Source: the human T2T-CHM13v2.0 reference genome, Homo sapiens. Taken from it: a stretch of DNA of 64,000 nt. The translations under genes and the position numbers were made by a program. This document shows positions 1-14,285 of this stretch, one piece after another; positions within the stretch are counted from its first letter, which is position 1, and each line of letters starts with the position of its first letter. Location of the stretch: NCBI RefSeq assembly GCF_009914755.1, contig NC_060928.1, one strand, 5' to 3'. The notes below the pieces were generated by a model. That model was not told the origin of the DNA, did not search any database, and saw only the letters and a program-made list of their open reading frames with translations.

Positions 1-54
1 AAAAGAGCATATTTGTCACCAACTCATTTGTTTCTTTGTTTGTCTGTTTTATTG

Positions 55-785
55 CAGGCAGAGACCAGAAAAGTTTTGAGAGGTCAAAGAACCTCCAGCT
101 GAGCTGATTGGCAAAGGTCTTACCCCCGCATGAAGCCAAGACTTAAAGACTAGGAGAGGTGGTTCAAATGCCCATATCCCAGCAAAATATAGTATTCAAA
201 GAATCAGGAAAACATGGCCAAATAAAAAGACCAAAATAAACTCCCAAAAGTCTCTAAAGAAAAGCAGATCTATAAGCTCTTGAAAAACAGTTTAAAATAA
301 CTGTCATCGAGATGATCGATGAGCTATGGGAAAACACAGATAGGCAATTAAACAAAATCAAAAATACGATACATGAACAAAATGAGATGATCAACAAAGA
401 GACAGAAACCACCCCAGCCTGGGCGACAGTGTGACTCCATTACAAAAACAAAAAAGAAAAAGAAAAGAAACAAACATATTCTAGAGCTGATGTATACAAT
501 AATTAAACTGAAAAAATTACTAGAGGGATTTAACAACAGATTTGATGAGGCCGAAGAGCCTAAGTTGTAGGTGATATTATCAAGTGGACCAATATACGTA
601 TTATGGAAATCCCACAAGTGAAGCGAGAGGAAAAAGGTATACAGAGGTTATTAGAAGACATAATGGTCCAAACCTTTCCAAACCTGAGGAAAGAAATGGA
701 TATACAAATTGAAGGGCTTAAAGAAATCTAACTAGGATAAATCCAAAGAGAATTACAATGCCACACATTATAATCAAATAAAGGA
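55..785 (+). mobile_element. Ancient L1 (L1M-type) 5' end/ORF1 fragment, degenerate
   Basis: A-rich sequence resembling L1 ORF1 coiled-coil and downstream regions (e.g. TCAACAAAGAGACAGAAACC, TTCTAGAGCTGA, AACCTTTCCAAACCTGAGGAAAGAAATGGATATACAAATT, CACATTATAATCAAA). No intact frame. Confidence 0.75.
414..470 (+). mobile_element. Very short Alu 3'-end fragment with A-rich tail, inside the L1 fragment
   Basis: CCAGCCTGGGCGACAGTGTGACTCCAT followed by an A-rich tail matches the last ~30 nt of Alu. Confidence 0.8.
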
Positions 786-984
786 GATGTTACATTTAGT
801 GTGTTTGTAGGTTAGTCACTTGTTTTTAGACTATAGAGTGAGAACATTAAAGAATAGAAGTTAAAACAAAAAAATGGGGAGAGGGCAAGAGCAGTGAAAT
901 TAAAAAAAATTAAAGAAATTTCACATTTGTCTGGGGTATGTTTTTTATAGGAATCTATGAAGAAGCTTTAGAAGTTCTGTACTA

Positions 985-1105
985 TACATAAGAAACGGGG
1001 AACAGAGACCTTCAGTTATCTTTTCAAGCTCAATTTTCATTAAATATAAACACTAAATTTAAACCTAGTTCTGTTTGACTTTCATATTCAAGCTTTCTAC
1101 TGACT
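985..1105 (-). mobile_element. MIR SINE fragment
   Basis: GAAACGGGGAACAGAGA...TTTAAACCTAGTTCTGTTTGACT resembles the reverse complement of the MIR core and 5' part. Confidence 0.5.
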
Positions 1106-1520
1106 CATTCAGCCATATTGAGATGAGCATACTAGTATATCACACTAATATGCTTAGATTTTTAATTCAGGATTCATAGAGTTGCTGAAATTTTGTTTTT
1201 ATTAAAATTATGGGAATGTTAAAAAATGGCAAAAAAATGATCCTGGAGAGAAATATCTTAATTCTAATTGTGTAATCCTATGTCCACAATAAGCCACTTT
1301 AAAATCTATTTGGACAGATCTACAGGTATTTCCTTTATTGATTTACGGTAATTCCTAAGAAATTTATCTATTTCATTTATTTTAAATAATTTGTTTATCT
1401 TTTTTATGGGGACAGGGAGTTCATTAACTTTTGGAAACTTCTGTTTAACAAATTGTAAAATGAATAAAGATAAAAATTCAGTTTTTTTCTCTTTCTACCA
1501 ATTTAATATATTTTTCCTTT

Positions 1521-1557
1521 GTGCATGTGTGTGTGTGCGTGTGTGTGTGTGTATGTG
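1521..1557. repeat. Imperfect (TG)n microsatellite
   Basis: GTGCATGTGTGTGTGTGCGTGTGTGTGTGTGTATGTG read directly. Confidence 0.9.
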
Positions 1558-2769
1558 AGTTTCTGTCAGCATCTCAGAATGTGTTTTAACAGCAAGGATT
1601 GAGGTGGGAGTGCAGAGAAAGATCAATGTATTTATACATTCCCTGAGCATACTTGATTATTTAGAGAGTGTAGGGTGTTTAGGTGAAATACTTAAAGAAA
1701 GTTTCCTGAATTTATCAGACTAGCTAAGTCTTTCTATATTCATTTGTTTTTAATATAGACAGAGAACAGTTTTTGTGTGTAGTGTGTATGAAGCATGCTG
1801 TTAAGTTTCTTGGCAGAATTTTTTTTCCCTCTTTACATTGCAAAGTCTGATCAGTTTGGATGAGTCCTTATCACTGCTAAAATCATGAACAGGAAACAGG
1901 ATGAATAATATCCTATTTTCAAACTCTAGGAGTCAGAGAGTATCGGGGATATCAGAGAAACTTTATTTCTTTCACAAATGCAAACACGTGATGTCTCTTC
2001 CAAGGACCCAAATTTCCTGATTCAGATTGATAATACGTTGATCAAGATATTCATGTTTTTTTAAAAGTGAGGAAGCCATTGGAAACTTTAATTTAGTTTT
2101 AGACACTGACCCTGTTACATGATAGGGACAAATAACTCCAATAAGATTATAAAGGTAGATAGGAAGCAAATGTATCATCATTGAAAAGTTCTTTTATCTT
2201 CCCAGGATGTTATCTGAAATAATTTGTAAGCAAATGAAAATGACCCTAGTTCAAGTAATGACCTTTTCTATGTGTTATTTTCAGTGTTTATTTCTATGGC
2301 AAACTATAGCACACAAAGAATTTGAATCAGAAAATCTACTTTGGAAAGGAACTGTATTCGAGATAATAAAAAATGAGTCCTGTTCATTTTCAGGCTATTT
2401 GCATCTGCACCTGTTCAGACACTGTTCCAACTGGCTTGTGGTTTAACCACTCCCTCAACACTCTTAATTAAGAATGTGGCTTCATCAAAAAGGTCAGGAA
2501 GCTATCACACCTGTATTTGAGTTTAGATTTTTTTTCTTTCAGGAGATGATCTTAAATTAAATTCCATACAGAAAATTGTGTACTTTTTTTTCTCTGTATC
2601 TGTTTCATCAGAGTTAGTTCTATCCCAAGAAATGACACATGCTAACACAATCTCATACAACATGAAGGCATAACCTCACTTCACCAGACCACTTAATCTT
2701 TATGTGTCCAAAATTAAGGGAGAATAAGCAATAAATGGCAGTATTTTCCTAGTATAAGCTTTATTGTTA

Positions 2770-2982
2770 GGATCATTTTGGGATTAAATTTCAACTCTTG
2801 TCACTTGCTGGACATAAAGCCTTAGTTAAGCTACTTTAGTCCTCTAAACATTATTTCACTTGCCTATACAATGGGTATAATTGTATATTTTTCACATACT
2901 TTTAAGAACAAAGGTAGGTAGATGTGTGGAGGATTCTTACAGAATTCCTGAGGCTTAGGAAGCTCTCAATAAATTGAGCTAC
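2770..2982 (+). mobile_element. MIR SINE
   Basis: TCACTTGCTG...CTTAGTTAAGCTACTT...ATACAATGGGTATAAT...CTCTCAATAAATTGAGCTA follows the MIR core and 3' tail. Confidence 0.65.
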
Positions 2983-5900
2983 AGAATGTTTTATAGTATT
3001 AAATTCAGAAAGACCTAATCACACTCACATCCTCAACTATTATAGCCCAATAATAAATTAGTTTTTAAGGGGTTTGGTGTCTGTTTCACTTTCCATGTTG
3101 GGATTCTCGTAGCAGCAAAACCACTCCCTCCGACTCTGTCCCTTTTTCTTTCCTTCCTTAGGTCCTTTCAAGTAGTAAGTTTTCTAAATTTTTAAATAAA
3201 TGGTAATTTTATTAATGTGATATATAATATTTATTATTCATAGGAAATCACAAAATCATATAATACAAAGTAGAAAACTGAAATTTTCATGCTCTCAAAT
3301 GCAACTCTAAAAGCATGAAAGGTGGTTTATAAAACCACATAATAATAGAAAAATGAATAAGTGATTGATTGTTTATTATTATAGCTAAACAAGCAAATGC
3401 ATTCTTCAGTACTGGATGTAAAACTTTCTGACTTCAACTTTTATCTGCATAAACACAACACGATTATACAGGCAATTGGCTAATAGAAAACTTGCTATAC
3501 CCTGCTATCATCTTATTTCTATCCATTCAACCACCCATGTCTCTTTATGTACATATATGTTCCATTAACATATGTCTTTTAAAAATAATCATATATAAAT
3601 GTATAAAGATATTGGAGGAAAATGAGTTTGGAACTATATATACAGATTGATTTTGCAAGTGGTAAGACCATATTGTATTTTATACCAAGTCTCCATGCAC
3701 CGTAATCAGACTTTATCCCAAGACATCACAAGTTGGAGTAAATACGTATTTTTGTATTCATGATACCTATGTGAATCTACAAAACATAGGCTGTTAGCTC
3801 ATAATCAATGACAGACATAAAAGAATAGCAACTCATACACAATTGCCCTGAGGTACGATGTATCTGACTAGATATATATTGTAAGACTTACTTCCATTAT
3901 GTATCTATGATTTTTTGAGGTCTCAAATCAGGACAGAAATTCATAGTTTTTTTTTTAACCTAAAGCAAGAGAAATCACTCATTTTTAGACCTTGTGTGCT
4001 TTTAGTTCTTCAGAGTCTGCCCTATATTAAGGATGAGAGATAAGAATTTATAGCTAACCAAGAATACTGTACAATTTGTTTCTGTGATATCCATCATACA
4101 TATATTTGAGTCTTTAAGCAAAGTGTTTTATATATTTCATATGATTTCTCTTTCCTAAAAAAATTGACTGAACACTGCATCTTTCTAATCATTACAGTAG
4201 ATTAAAACATACCCAGATGCAATGGCTACCTTAACAGATATTTCCATGTGTTGTTATTTAAGATTGTTTCAGCAAAAACACATCTTATAATAATACATTA
4301 ACTTATAAATTTTTTGATAAATTTTGCTTTTCTACCTCTATATTCAGGCTATAAAAATGTAACCTCTCATTCCTATAAACATGAGTTTATCCTTTTCAAC
4401 CTGCTTTTCATATTAAGCTTTGTTGATTTTTTCAGTTCAGTCAGTTTTGGATTTTTGCCAAAATGAAACCATTCTTGTGATTGAAGGCAATACGGTTATT
4501 TAGTCTGTTCTTATGCGAAGTCAGCTACATCACACTTTACCTTTTCAAAATACGTTGCTTTCTAACATGTGTTCATCAGAATTCATTTTTCTGAGAAGAA
4601 CTTTTAAGACCTGTGAAATAAATACAGTGCTGTATTCAATGTAAAAAGGGAAAAAATATTACGGCAAAGCCTTTTTACAGGTCATCACGATCTAACAATA
4701 ATTTGAGTTAAGAAAACCATTCATACTTTATTAGATGATAGAACTGTTTTCTTGACTTAATGGTGGGTTTTGTGAGGAAGTGACTAAGACACATTACTGG
4801 CCACATAGGAGCACTAAGAAATGTCAGTTTACTTAATCAATCAAAAAGAGACTTGGGTCCTGAAGAGTTACTAGATTTTCACAAGGTTTCACAGAGGGAC
4901 AGATATTGTGGAAAGACATTTGTGGCATTCTCAATGCAGTATTCTTCCAACTATTGCAAGCCACTTCCTCAAGAAGACTTTGGTACAACATGGAATTTTG
5001 AGAGAAGAAATAACTACATTATTTCTGTGAAAAATAATGTTATCTTTGCCTTCAGGCTTTATGAAAAGTTATCCAGGACTAAACCTGTATGACTTGAAAT
5101 AAATCTTCATTAATCACTATGTAAAAGCAAAACTTAGTGGGCAAGAGATTTTCACTGTCTTTTGAAATAGGAGATAGCATGGGCATTCAATAAGACATAT
5201 ATCAATCATATTCTCTCCTGAATCCTGTGTATTTTTCCATTAATCAAAAATCTTATCCCTTTACCTTTCTATTCTAGGAATTTTCCATCTCGGATTAATG
5301 CAAAGTAACCAGATGATAAGCAGAGATTTACAACTCTAAATGTTAAGCTAATTATTTGCTGTTGAGTCTGTATTTAACTTGTCTTCCATTCATTGGAATA
5401 ACTTGAGTGAATTTGGTAGCAACATTGGGCAGGAAAAACAACAAAGTAACGAGCTTCCATTATTGCTAATAGCTCAACAAACCAATTTACAAAAGCCACC
5501 AAACTAAGAGAATGAGCCTGGGGACTCCTATCATGTAGTAATGTTATCACACTGAATAGCTGAGGCAAAGTAATGCATTCATATTTCATTTACAGAGGCA
5601 ATATCAGGGCCATTTCAGCAGGAAACCCATCAGGTCTGCCAAAGTTGTTGATGAACTCAGGGGCTAAATTCAATGTCCTCCATTTACACCTTGTAATCCT
5701 TTTATGATGTTATACTTTCTCTACTCAGATAATTTTTCAAACAAATCCATAAAGTTTCTCCCAGGTAGAATTTATTAAACATGCATTTCTCTGGCTTTAA
5801 TTAATGCTTACTTTATGTGCCTAAAGCTTTTCTCACTATAATACCAGTAACGTATGTAAAAGGTCCTGGTAATCATGACCAACAGGATTGAGACTGGCAC

Positions 5901-6187
5901 AAAGTATTCTTAAATGAACTCTATGCTTCATCTGATAGGACATGTTACATGTTATTTGATCGCATCACTTCTATAGTCTTGATAAAGTAAGAGCCCTAGG
6001 AATTCTTTTTTTGTTATTTCTACTCTTCAGAACACTGGTGAATAATAAATATTTTCCTTAAATTACAAAGGTAACCAAATCCATTTCTATTAACTAAACC
6101 ATATATTTCTACCTTAGGATCAGAAAGAGTTCACCACAGATAGCTCATATCCAATAATGATCATTTTATGATTAAAAATATGTAGAA

Positions 6188-6415
6188 CAGAGACTGGAAA
6201 ATTATGGACCATAAGCCAAATCCAAACCAGTGGCTGGTTTTATAGATAAACTTTTATTGAAATACAGCCAAACCTATTCATTTTTTTTTTATTTTTTCTG
6301 CCTGATTTTGTACTACAATGGCATTGTTAAGTGGCTGTGACAGAGACACTATGATCAGCAGAATCTGAAATATTTTCTCTCTTGTTCTTTACAGAAAAGG
6401 GTTGTTGACTCCTTG
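6188..6415 (+). mobile_element. MER58A hAT-Charlie non-autonomous DNA transposon
   Basis: Collinear with the MER58A consensus: GCCAAATCC..., TTTTATTGAAATACAGCCA, GTGACAGAGAC, TTTACAGAAAAG. Degenerate terminal inverted repeats. Confidence 0.85.
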
Positions 6416-6989
6416 TCTGAATTGACCCATTGAGGTTTTATGCTTTTTGTAACCCACCTATAAAACGTTATCAACACTATATGTAAACAACCACTTGCCT
6501 TGATTAAGAGACATAGCAGCATACTGGCAGGAGGCTATTGCAACTGAATGTTTTTAAGAAATATTCCCACTCGATAGGTTGACACTGTGTTTGGGATTTT
6601 TCTACACATAACAGAAAGTAAGCAGACATAATATTATGTTTCCGCTTTTGTCAAGTTCAAAAATCAGTGAACACAGCACCTCTTTTGTTTTTCTATGCGG
6701 TGAGCTGACCCTATTAACTCCCTACACTCCTGAGAGAAAGAAGTTCTTCTTCTTGCCTCTAGGGATGTTACAGGTGGAAAGATAAGATTCTTAAATAGAA
6801 AGGGGCCATGAAAACAATCAAAAGGAAGAAAAAATTCATTGGGTTTCCTTCAAGGGCTTACACTTTGAGGATATACCTCTTTTAAACAAAGTGAAGAACA
6901 GTGCTAGAAACATTTTTAGAAGATATCAACTAGAATTTCCATGATGCAGAAAATGGTAACTAAAATAGATTCATGATTTATCTAATTTC

Positions 6990-7110
6990 CTCACTCATTT
7001 AATCAAAACATTTATTAAACTTCTAATGGAATCAAGTATTATGCTAGCCGTTGAGGAAAAAGTGGTCAATAAAAAGGTTTCTATTTGGAAGAATCTCTAA
7101 TTCAGGAGGT
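6990..7110 (-). mobile_element. L2 3'-end fragment
   Basis: CACTCATTTAATCAAAACATTTATTAAAC...TATGCTAG is the typical reverse-complement L2 tail. Confidence 0.6.
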
Positions 7111-7399
7111 TAACAAGATGCATTGTAAGGGGATGGATAGATTGATGATAAGAACAGAAAGGTAAAAGCACGTTTTCATTTCAAGGTGTGTTAAAGATCT
7201 CCACAGTATTTAAACACAAGGGCTCCTCACACACAAAAAAAGTGTTAATTTGGGGCAAGTTGAAGAAAATATCAGATATTTACTATTCATACCTATATAT
7301 CTATATCTAGCGACCTATATTCAGAAACAGGTAGAATTACTTAATCATTTATTTTGATCTTAATAATTAGGAAGCTTTTATCACTTTCTACGATGCGAT

Positions 7400-7740
7400 G
7401 TCCTAATGTGATCCACACTGTTGCTTGGGAATTGACCACATCTCTTCCATCTTCAACTTGTGAAATTTTCCATGGCTTCTAAGGAAATCTTCAACATTAA
7501 CATCTAGTCCACAGACAGGGAAGAGTGAGACAGTGGATGATCCTAGAGGGGTTTTTATAAGTTATGCTTTGAAAGTGGCATACAACAATTCTGCCTATAA
7601 TCCATTGGCCAGAACTCAGAAACATGGCCTCACCTGGTGCAAGGATGTTTACAAATCCTGTGGCTGGACAGCCAGATGCTTCCCAACAATACCTCTATAT
7701 CACAGAAGGTGTCCATGTCATAGAACCATCTCTGTACCAC
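7400..7740 (-). mobile_element. Old MaLR LTR fragment (MLT1J/K-like)
   Basis: GAAAGTGGCATACAACAATTCTGCCTATAATCCATTGGCCAGAACTCAGAAACATGGCC is a characteristic old-MLT1 segment. Confidence 0.6.
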
Positions 7741-9059
7741 AGGTGTTTAATAGGTCATTATATGTTAGGTAGATAAAGAATGATCCTAAGGATTGTCATA
7801 ATTAAATTTGCTTTTCTATAGCTGTTGGAAGCTCTCTTAATCTCTAACCATCTAGGTGACATATTATTGCATAATATGTGAATGTATCTCATACTCCATA
7901 ATCGAGCATATATTATTGAATAACAGAATTTTGTTTTTAAAAAGTATTCTTCAGTGTTATACTCTATCAATGATTGTTCAAGTTATAGAATGACTGCTAT
8001 TTTAATTTCAACTGGTTATTTCAATGGAAAAACTTGAGAGACATTTATTTGTTTTGGGTTAATCTTATTGGGCTTATTAAATTCCTCCATGTACTTATAT
8101 TTGTGGAAGCTGAAGACTTATACATTATTGTTTTCAGCTAATTTTTATGGCCTTAATAACAGCAATTCTGGGAATTCACTCTTGAAGGCTATGGCTATGA
8201 CACTATATTCTGATAAAATGATCAAGAATACCTTGCAAAATACAGAGATTACATCATCAAGCCATCACTGCCTTATTCTGCCATGAGATCATAGTTAATT
8301 TTCACTCCTATTTTGATATTCAGCAGCAGATATTTTCTGGCCAGTTACCGATTCTTGACAGGACTTTTACCAACGCAGTAATTCTGTTTTTATAAAGCAT
8401 TTTTAAGTAAAGAAGCCATGGGCCTGAACCTATTCTTGACCATTATGCTGGTGGCACAAGGATTCCCAAAGGATATGTATTGCTAGAATCATGAGTGATA
8501 TTTCTAATAGGATTTACTATGCTCTGAAATTAAGTATATAAAATAATATAATATTGTTAAATTATGCACGGAAATAATTATAAGTCATTTATTGAGATGC
8601 CAATTATTGTATAAAATCTCTTCTCTGGTACAGTCATTGTAAACAGGGTGGTCAACCTCATATATTTTAAATAAAAACAAAATGAGAGAAGACAGAAGTT
8701 ATGTTGATACTAAGTCGAACAATGAGGAGACTCAACTTTTATCTTGAAGAAGACAAACTTGAGCAAAACAAAGTATCACGTAAGTACAACTCTACCTAAG
8801 AAAGAACACTTAAAAGTTGCAAACGTACATCACTAGCTCTGAGGAGAAACCAAAGATACAAGTTATCATTTAGTTAAACACAGATTAACAGTTTGAGTCA
8901 AAGTTTCTCTGAAGCCAAATAGCAATTTTTAGAATTGAGAACTGTGAATTTCAGTTAAGTAGATCGGTAGCATGTACCTGCCTCCATCTTTCTAACCAAG
9001 ACTGTTCTACTCATCTCCTAATATACTGTTGCCCTCTACACTCCACTATTCAATCGAAG

Positions 9060-9465
9060 TACACGTTGGTTTCCTTAAAACAGATACCAACACAGAGTTT
9101 GGGATGTAAGGTGTTTACTAGGGATGCATATTTTTGAAAAGAAGCAGGAGAAAGGAAACTTCATAGATGAAGTTGAACTGCAATGCAGGGACAACACACA
9201 CTTGAGAAAGAGGAACATCTGGAGGAAATATTATACGTTGGTGCTCTCCCTTGGTGACTGAAATGTCTAGGCCTTTCTGTCCCTGGGTTATGGGCTTCCC
9301 TGGAAAGAATATAACCTCAGATGAGGGGTCTTTCTGTCCCTGAGGCAAACCCTGAAAACGCTGACAAGTGGCAGCTATGCGCTGACTGCAATACCAGCAG
9401 CTGGGATTTTTGTTTTTTTTTTCCTTGAAGGGTGATCTGGCAGTGCATCTTGATGTTTATCAAAA
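9060..9465 (-). mobile_element. LTR16A-like ERVL solo LTR
   Basis: AGTTGAACTGCAATGCAG, CCAGCAGCTGGGA and CCTTGAAGGGTGATCTGG are collinear with reverse-complement LTR16A. Confidence 0.7.
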
Positions 9466-9726
9466 AACAGCAGTTAAAACAAAGTTTTTAAAATAGAAAA
9501 CATTTTACTTTTTTATTTGCACTTAGCTTTTCAATGGCTTCTTCTACACTTAGTACACATGTATGGTGAACTATGAAAGATGATATTAACTAATACCTTT
9601 TCAATTTCATCCCATTCCCATTTTCTTTTAGCTTGGGCATTAATTAATATTTAGTTTTAGAGTTCTTCAAATAAAATTAGCTCTTCTCAGCTTAATGACA
9701 TTTTGTGTGTGTGTGTTGAATGGTTC

Positions 9727-10035
9727 TTTTTTCTTTTTTATTTTTTTTTGGGGGGGGAATGGAGTCCCACTCTGTTGCCCAGGCAAAAGTGCAGTGGCAT
9801 GATCTCAGCTCACTGCAGCCTCCGCCTCCCGGGTTCAAGCAATTCTCGTGCTTAGCCTCCTGAGTAGCTGGGACTACAGGAGTGCATCACCATGCCTGAC
9901 TAATTTTTGTATTTTAGTAGAGATGGGGTTTCACCATGTTGTCCAGGCAGGTCTCAAACTTCTGACCTCAAGTGATTTGCTCGCCTCGGCTTCTAAAAGT
10001 TCTGGGATTACAGGCCTGAGCCATTACACCTGGCC
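9727..10035 (-). mobile_element. Full-length AluS (Sx/Sz-like)
   Basis: Both monomers present, T-tail at 9727-9749, CTGACCTCAAGTGAT, ends TGGCC. Degenerate TSD GTTGAATGGTTCTT / GCTTAACAGTTCTT. Confidence 0.95.
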
Positions 10036-11329
10036 TGCTTAACAGTTCTTAATCTGACTTTACATTTACCTCTTTTTAGCTTCTAGTTCTCACTTTAAAT
10101 GTCTAGACCACACGTAGGTCTTCTTGGACCATTCAGTGTAGCAGCCATTGCCACAATGGTACCTGTTTGCTGTCTGTCTCCATGGAATGTAAGATGTCCT
10201 GTCACAATAGCGACCATGTCAACATTTTGGCATAAGCAGATATTTAATAAATATCTATTGAAAGTCATAATGCAATAAAATTAGAAATTAATGGTAGAAT
10301 AACTTTAAAGACCATGTGTTCGGTGACAAAATAACATGTTACAAGGCACCATTAGATTAAAAATAATTTAAGAAATACTTAGAACTGAATGTTTATGATA
10401 ACACTCTCTGTCAAAACCTGTGGATCACAGTTATTATATTACTTATGTGGAAAATAAAGAAACAGAAATAAAACATAAATAATAATACATGTTAACAAAG
10501 ACAAAGTAAGCACTCAAGAACTTCATTCAAAAATGTTAAAACCAGACAGCTTTAAGAGCTATTTTTATTAAACTTTCAAGGAAGAGTTACCTTCTTTTAG
10601 TCAGTTGTGCCATTTTTGTTTTACGCTTTTATCAGTTCGTTTAATAAGGCCCTCTTAATCATGTTTCCAACACCAATCCAGGACAAAACAAACAAACATA
10701 CAAGCAAAGAAATGCATAAATAAAAACAAATAGAAGACCATTTTACTGAGGAACGCAGATGCTAAAATTTAAAGCAAAGCAGTAAGTTACCATTTCTAAA
10801 AGTACACTTAATAGATACAGTTTATAGTTAAAGAAATTTTATTCCAGGAATACGAGAAAGTTTCAACAGCAGAAACAACTTTCACCGATACATTCTGACA
10901 GTCAGTAACCTTAACAGATCAATGGTATTAAACCATATTGTTTCATTAGCTGTTGCAGAAAACTACAATAATACACATGAGTTCATCACCTATTTGTGAT
11001 AAAAAATGCTTCGTAGAACGGAGACTTCTTAAGCATATAAAAGTTGACATTTATTTATCAAAATTTACAACCTAGAAGTATATATATTATACTTAAAGGA
11101 AACTTTATGTATATTCTCTGTAATATCAGGAATAAGAAAATATTGTTCAATATTAATACTACTACATTGTAATCAATGCCTCAGCCAAATAAAATACTTG
11201 TTTGTTTACTAATAAGATATAACAAAATAGAAGTTCAATATATCATCTGAAGATGAATCTCCTAAAAAATCCAATAGAATAAATGAGCTATTGGAAGTAA
11301 TTAAAATTTTGACAAGGCTATAGAAATGA

Positions 11330-11735
<406 letters not shown>

Positions 11736-11913
11736 AGGTTCATTTTTCTGTGGCAGCAATAATATGATAGCAATACAAATGAGAGTAAGATGTGATACAT
11801 AAGAGCCAGTAAAAATGTGAGATGTCTAGGAATTGTGTTACTGAAAATAATTAGGCAGTCTGTCGAGTAAATTTTAATATGCTAATAAGAGAGAGAGATA
11901 AATTAATCTAAAT

Positions 11914-12094
11914 TGGGGTTTTTTGACCTCAGCACCATTGACGTTTTGGACCAGATAATTCTTTGTCGTGGAGGACAGCCCTGTGCATCATAGGATGTTT
12001 GGCGTTCTTGCCTCTACGTTAGTAGCATCCACTCTGTTTTGACAAAAATGTCTCTAGATATTGCCAAATGTTCTGAGAGAGTAAAATTGCACTG
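11914..12094 (-). mobile_element. MER20 hAT-Charlie DNA transposon inserted in the old L1
   Basis: ACCTCAGCACCATTGACGTTTTGGACCAGATAATTCTTTGT...AAAATGTCTCTAGATATTGCCAAATG matches reverse-complement MER20. 8-bp TSD-like ATCTAAAT / ACCCAAAT. Confidence 0.9.
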
Positions 12095-12919
12095 ACCCAA
12101 ATAAATGGGGAAATAATCCATATTCTTACAAGAGATAACCTGATGTAAGATGTCTTATCTTCACCAAGTAATCTATGATTTCAATGCAATCACACTAACA
12201 ATTTAATTTTTAAAACCTTTATAAACTAACATTGGTATACATATAACATACAAAGAAATTCAAAACTATGGGTAGCTAAGTCAACATCATTAGAAAATAA
12301 TACAGAAGGGGCCTGCCTGGAGAGCGTACTTCAAAGTCACAATCATGATAACAGGAACAACAACAGTAATAATAACCTGCATTAACTAAAGATATTTAAA
12401 AACTTGGAGAAAATAGAGTGCTTGCATAGATAGAAATAAAAATGAAAATTTATAATATTCTGAAGTGAGCATCAACACTTCATATGTTGAAGACATGTCA
12501 GATAGTTGGGTGTATAGTGTTAGAAAAACTGAATTAGCATAAAGGGAGTAGTAATATTAGATTTCTTTCTAATGGCACACATAAAAATGGATTCCATTTG
12601 GTTTAAAGACTTACAATATATAATTAGTAAAAACACAGAATAAATTTCTGACCTAGGGTGGCAAAGATGTTCCTAAACTTTCAAATGCACCAAAATAATG
12701 CTAAATATGATTGTTATAATTACATCACAATGTTATATTTCTCCTCATTGAGTGTGAGCACGGTCAGAGTTAAAAGTTATATGACAAAATATAATAAATA
12801 CTCAAGTCTAAAATAACAAGAGATGCAACTTTAGAATAGGCAGAGAGATTCTCTGAATCGACAAGAGAAAGACAAAATGCAAGTACAAAAAATGTACAAA
12901 AGAAATAAAAAGTCAGTTT

Positions 12920-13024
12920 ACTTGTGAGGTCGAGGGGGGCAGATCACCTGAGGTCAGGAGTTTGAGACCAGCCTGGTCAACATGATGAAACCCCATCACT
13001 ACTAAAAATACAAAAGTTAGCCAG
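12920..13024 (+). mobile_element. Internal AluS fragment (left monomer plus linker), truncated at both ends
   Basis: GATCACCTGAGGTCAGGAGTTTGAGACCAGCCTGG...ACTAAAAATACAAAAGTTAGCC. No 5' start, no right monomer, no poly(A), no TSD. Confidence 0.9.
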
Positions 13025-13525
13025 AAGCAGTCACCAAAACTAATGAATATATTTAAAAAATTCAAAAGTATTATTAAGCAGAGGGAAGCAAGTTAGAATA
13101 ACAATAAGATGTGGCTTTGTCTATTGGATTGGCAATAATCAAAAAAGCTGGAAAATGCCAAGTGTTAGTGGGAATGTTAGTTTCACTGCTGGTAAGATTG
13201 CAGGGATTGGCACTCATTCTGGAAATCTCCATATGGGGATAGGTGCAAGGTTATTCATTGCAGCAGTGTTCTTAGCCAGGAAAATGAATTGGAAGCAAAT
13301 TGACTGTCAATCATCTAGAGAGTGAATAGATAAAATGCGGCAGATGACACCGTGGTGTGCTATAAAGAAGTTAGAAATTGTGACTTAGATATACGCAGTG
13401 CATCATGGATTAGATTATATACATGCAGTCTTTCTCTCCTTGTATATGAAAGAACATTATATTAGATATATTTTCAATCAAAATTTGTATATAGCTACAT
13501 TTTTAATATATGTGCTTGGCAAATG

Positions 13526-13528
<3 letters not shown>

Positions 13529-13562
<34 letters not shown>
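13529..13562. repeat. (GT)17 perfect microsatellite
   Basis: Read directly. Confidence 0.97.
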
Positions 13563-13564
<2 letters not shown>

Positions 13565-13964
13565 ACGCCCCCCACATAAACTGGAAATGTTCACATTAAA
13601 GCTCAATTGTAAAGCCATTTGTGTTCCTTTTTCTATTTTATGCCATCTTGCTATATGCAGTTCCTTGTTGTATTTGTTCAGATCTTTTTTGATTCATGAT
13701 TCTTATAGTTCACATTACTCTTAACTGGGTTAGCCAATGATAAGAATGATGTGAATGTTATGTTTTAAAGTTCATAACTGAAAAAAAACAACAGTTATTC
13801 AGGCAAAGGTAAAGGACTGTAGGATTCTACAGCACTTTCTTTAATTTGTCACTAATCTAAACCTTTCCTGGGGTAAATAAACAAGGTCAAGAGGAATCTA
13901 TCCAATTCCACTATCAGCTTCTATTTCTTCATCAATACTTGCTGACAGTTCTGTCATTCTACAG

Positions 13965-14285
13965 AAGCATTCAGTCAGGGTCCAGGCATTGTTCTATCAA
14001 CTGAAAACGTAGCGGAACAAGAGCAGATTAGGTCTTTGCTGTTATGGATCTCTCATTTTAATAAACCAGGCAAAAAAATAAATATAACGATTTTATAAGT
14101 TGAAAGGGCTACAAAGAAAAGTTTTAAAAAATGTGACAGTAAGTATATGCCAGGGTTGTATATGTATGTATAGGTAGAAGGATATCACGGTGACCTGGAT
14201 TATTAAGAAAATTCTCTCCAAGAATGTGGTATTTGATCAGAAACCAGTGGACTAGAAGAAATCAGCCAAGGTAAAATGAGAGAAC
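13965..14285 (-). mobile_element. L2 3' fragment
   Basis: TCCAGGCATTGTTCTA..., GGTCTTTGCTGTTATGGATCTC, GTGGTATTTGATCAGAAACC and ATCAGCCAAGG resemble reverse-complement L2. Confidence 0.6.
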
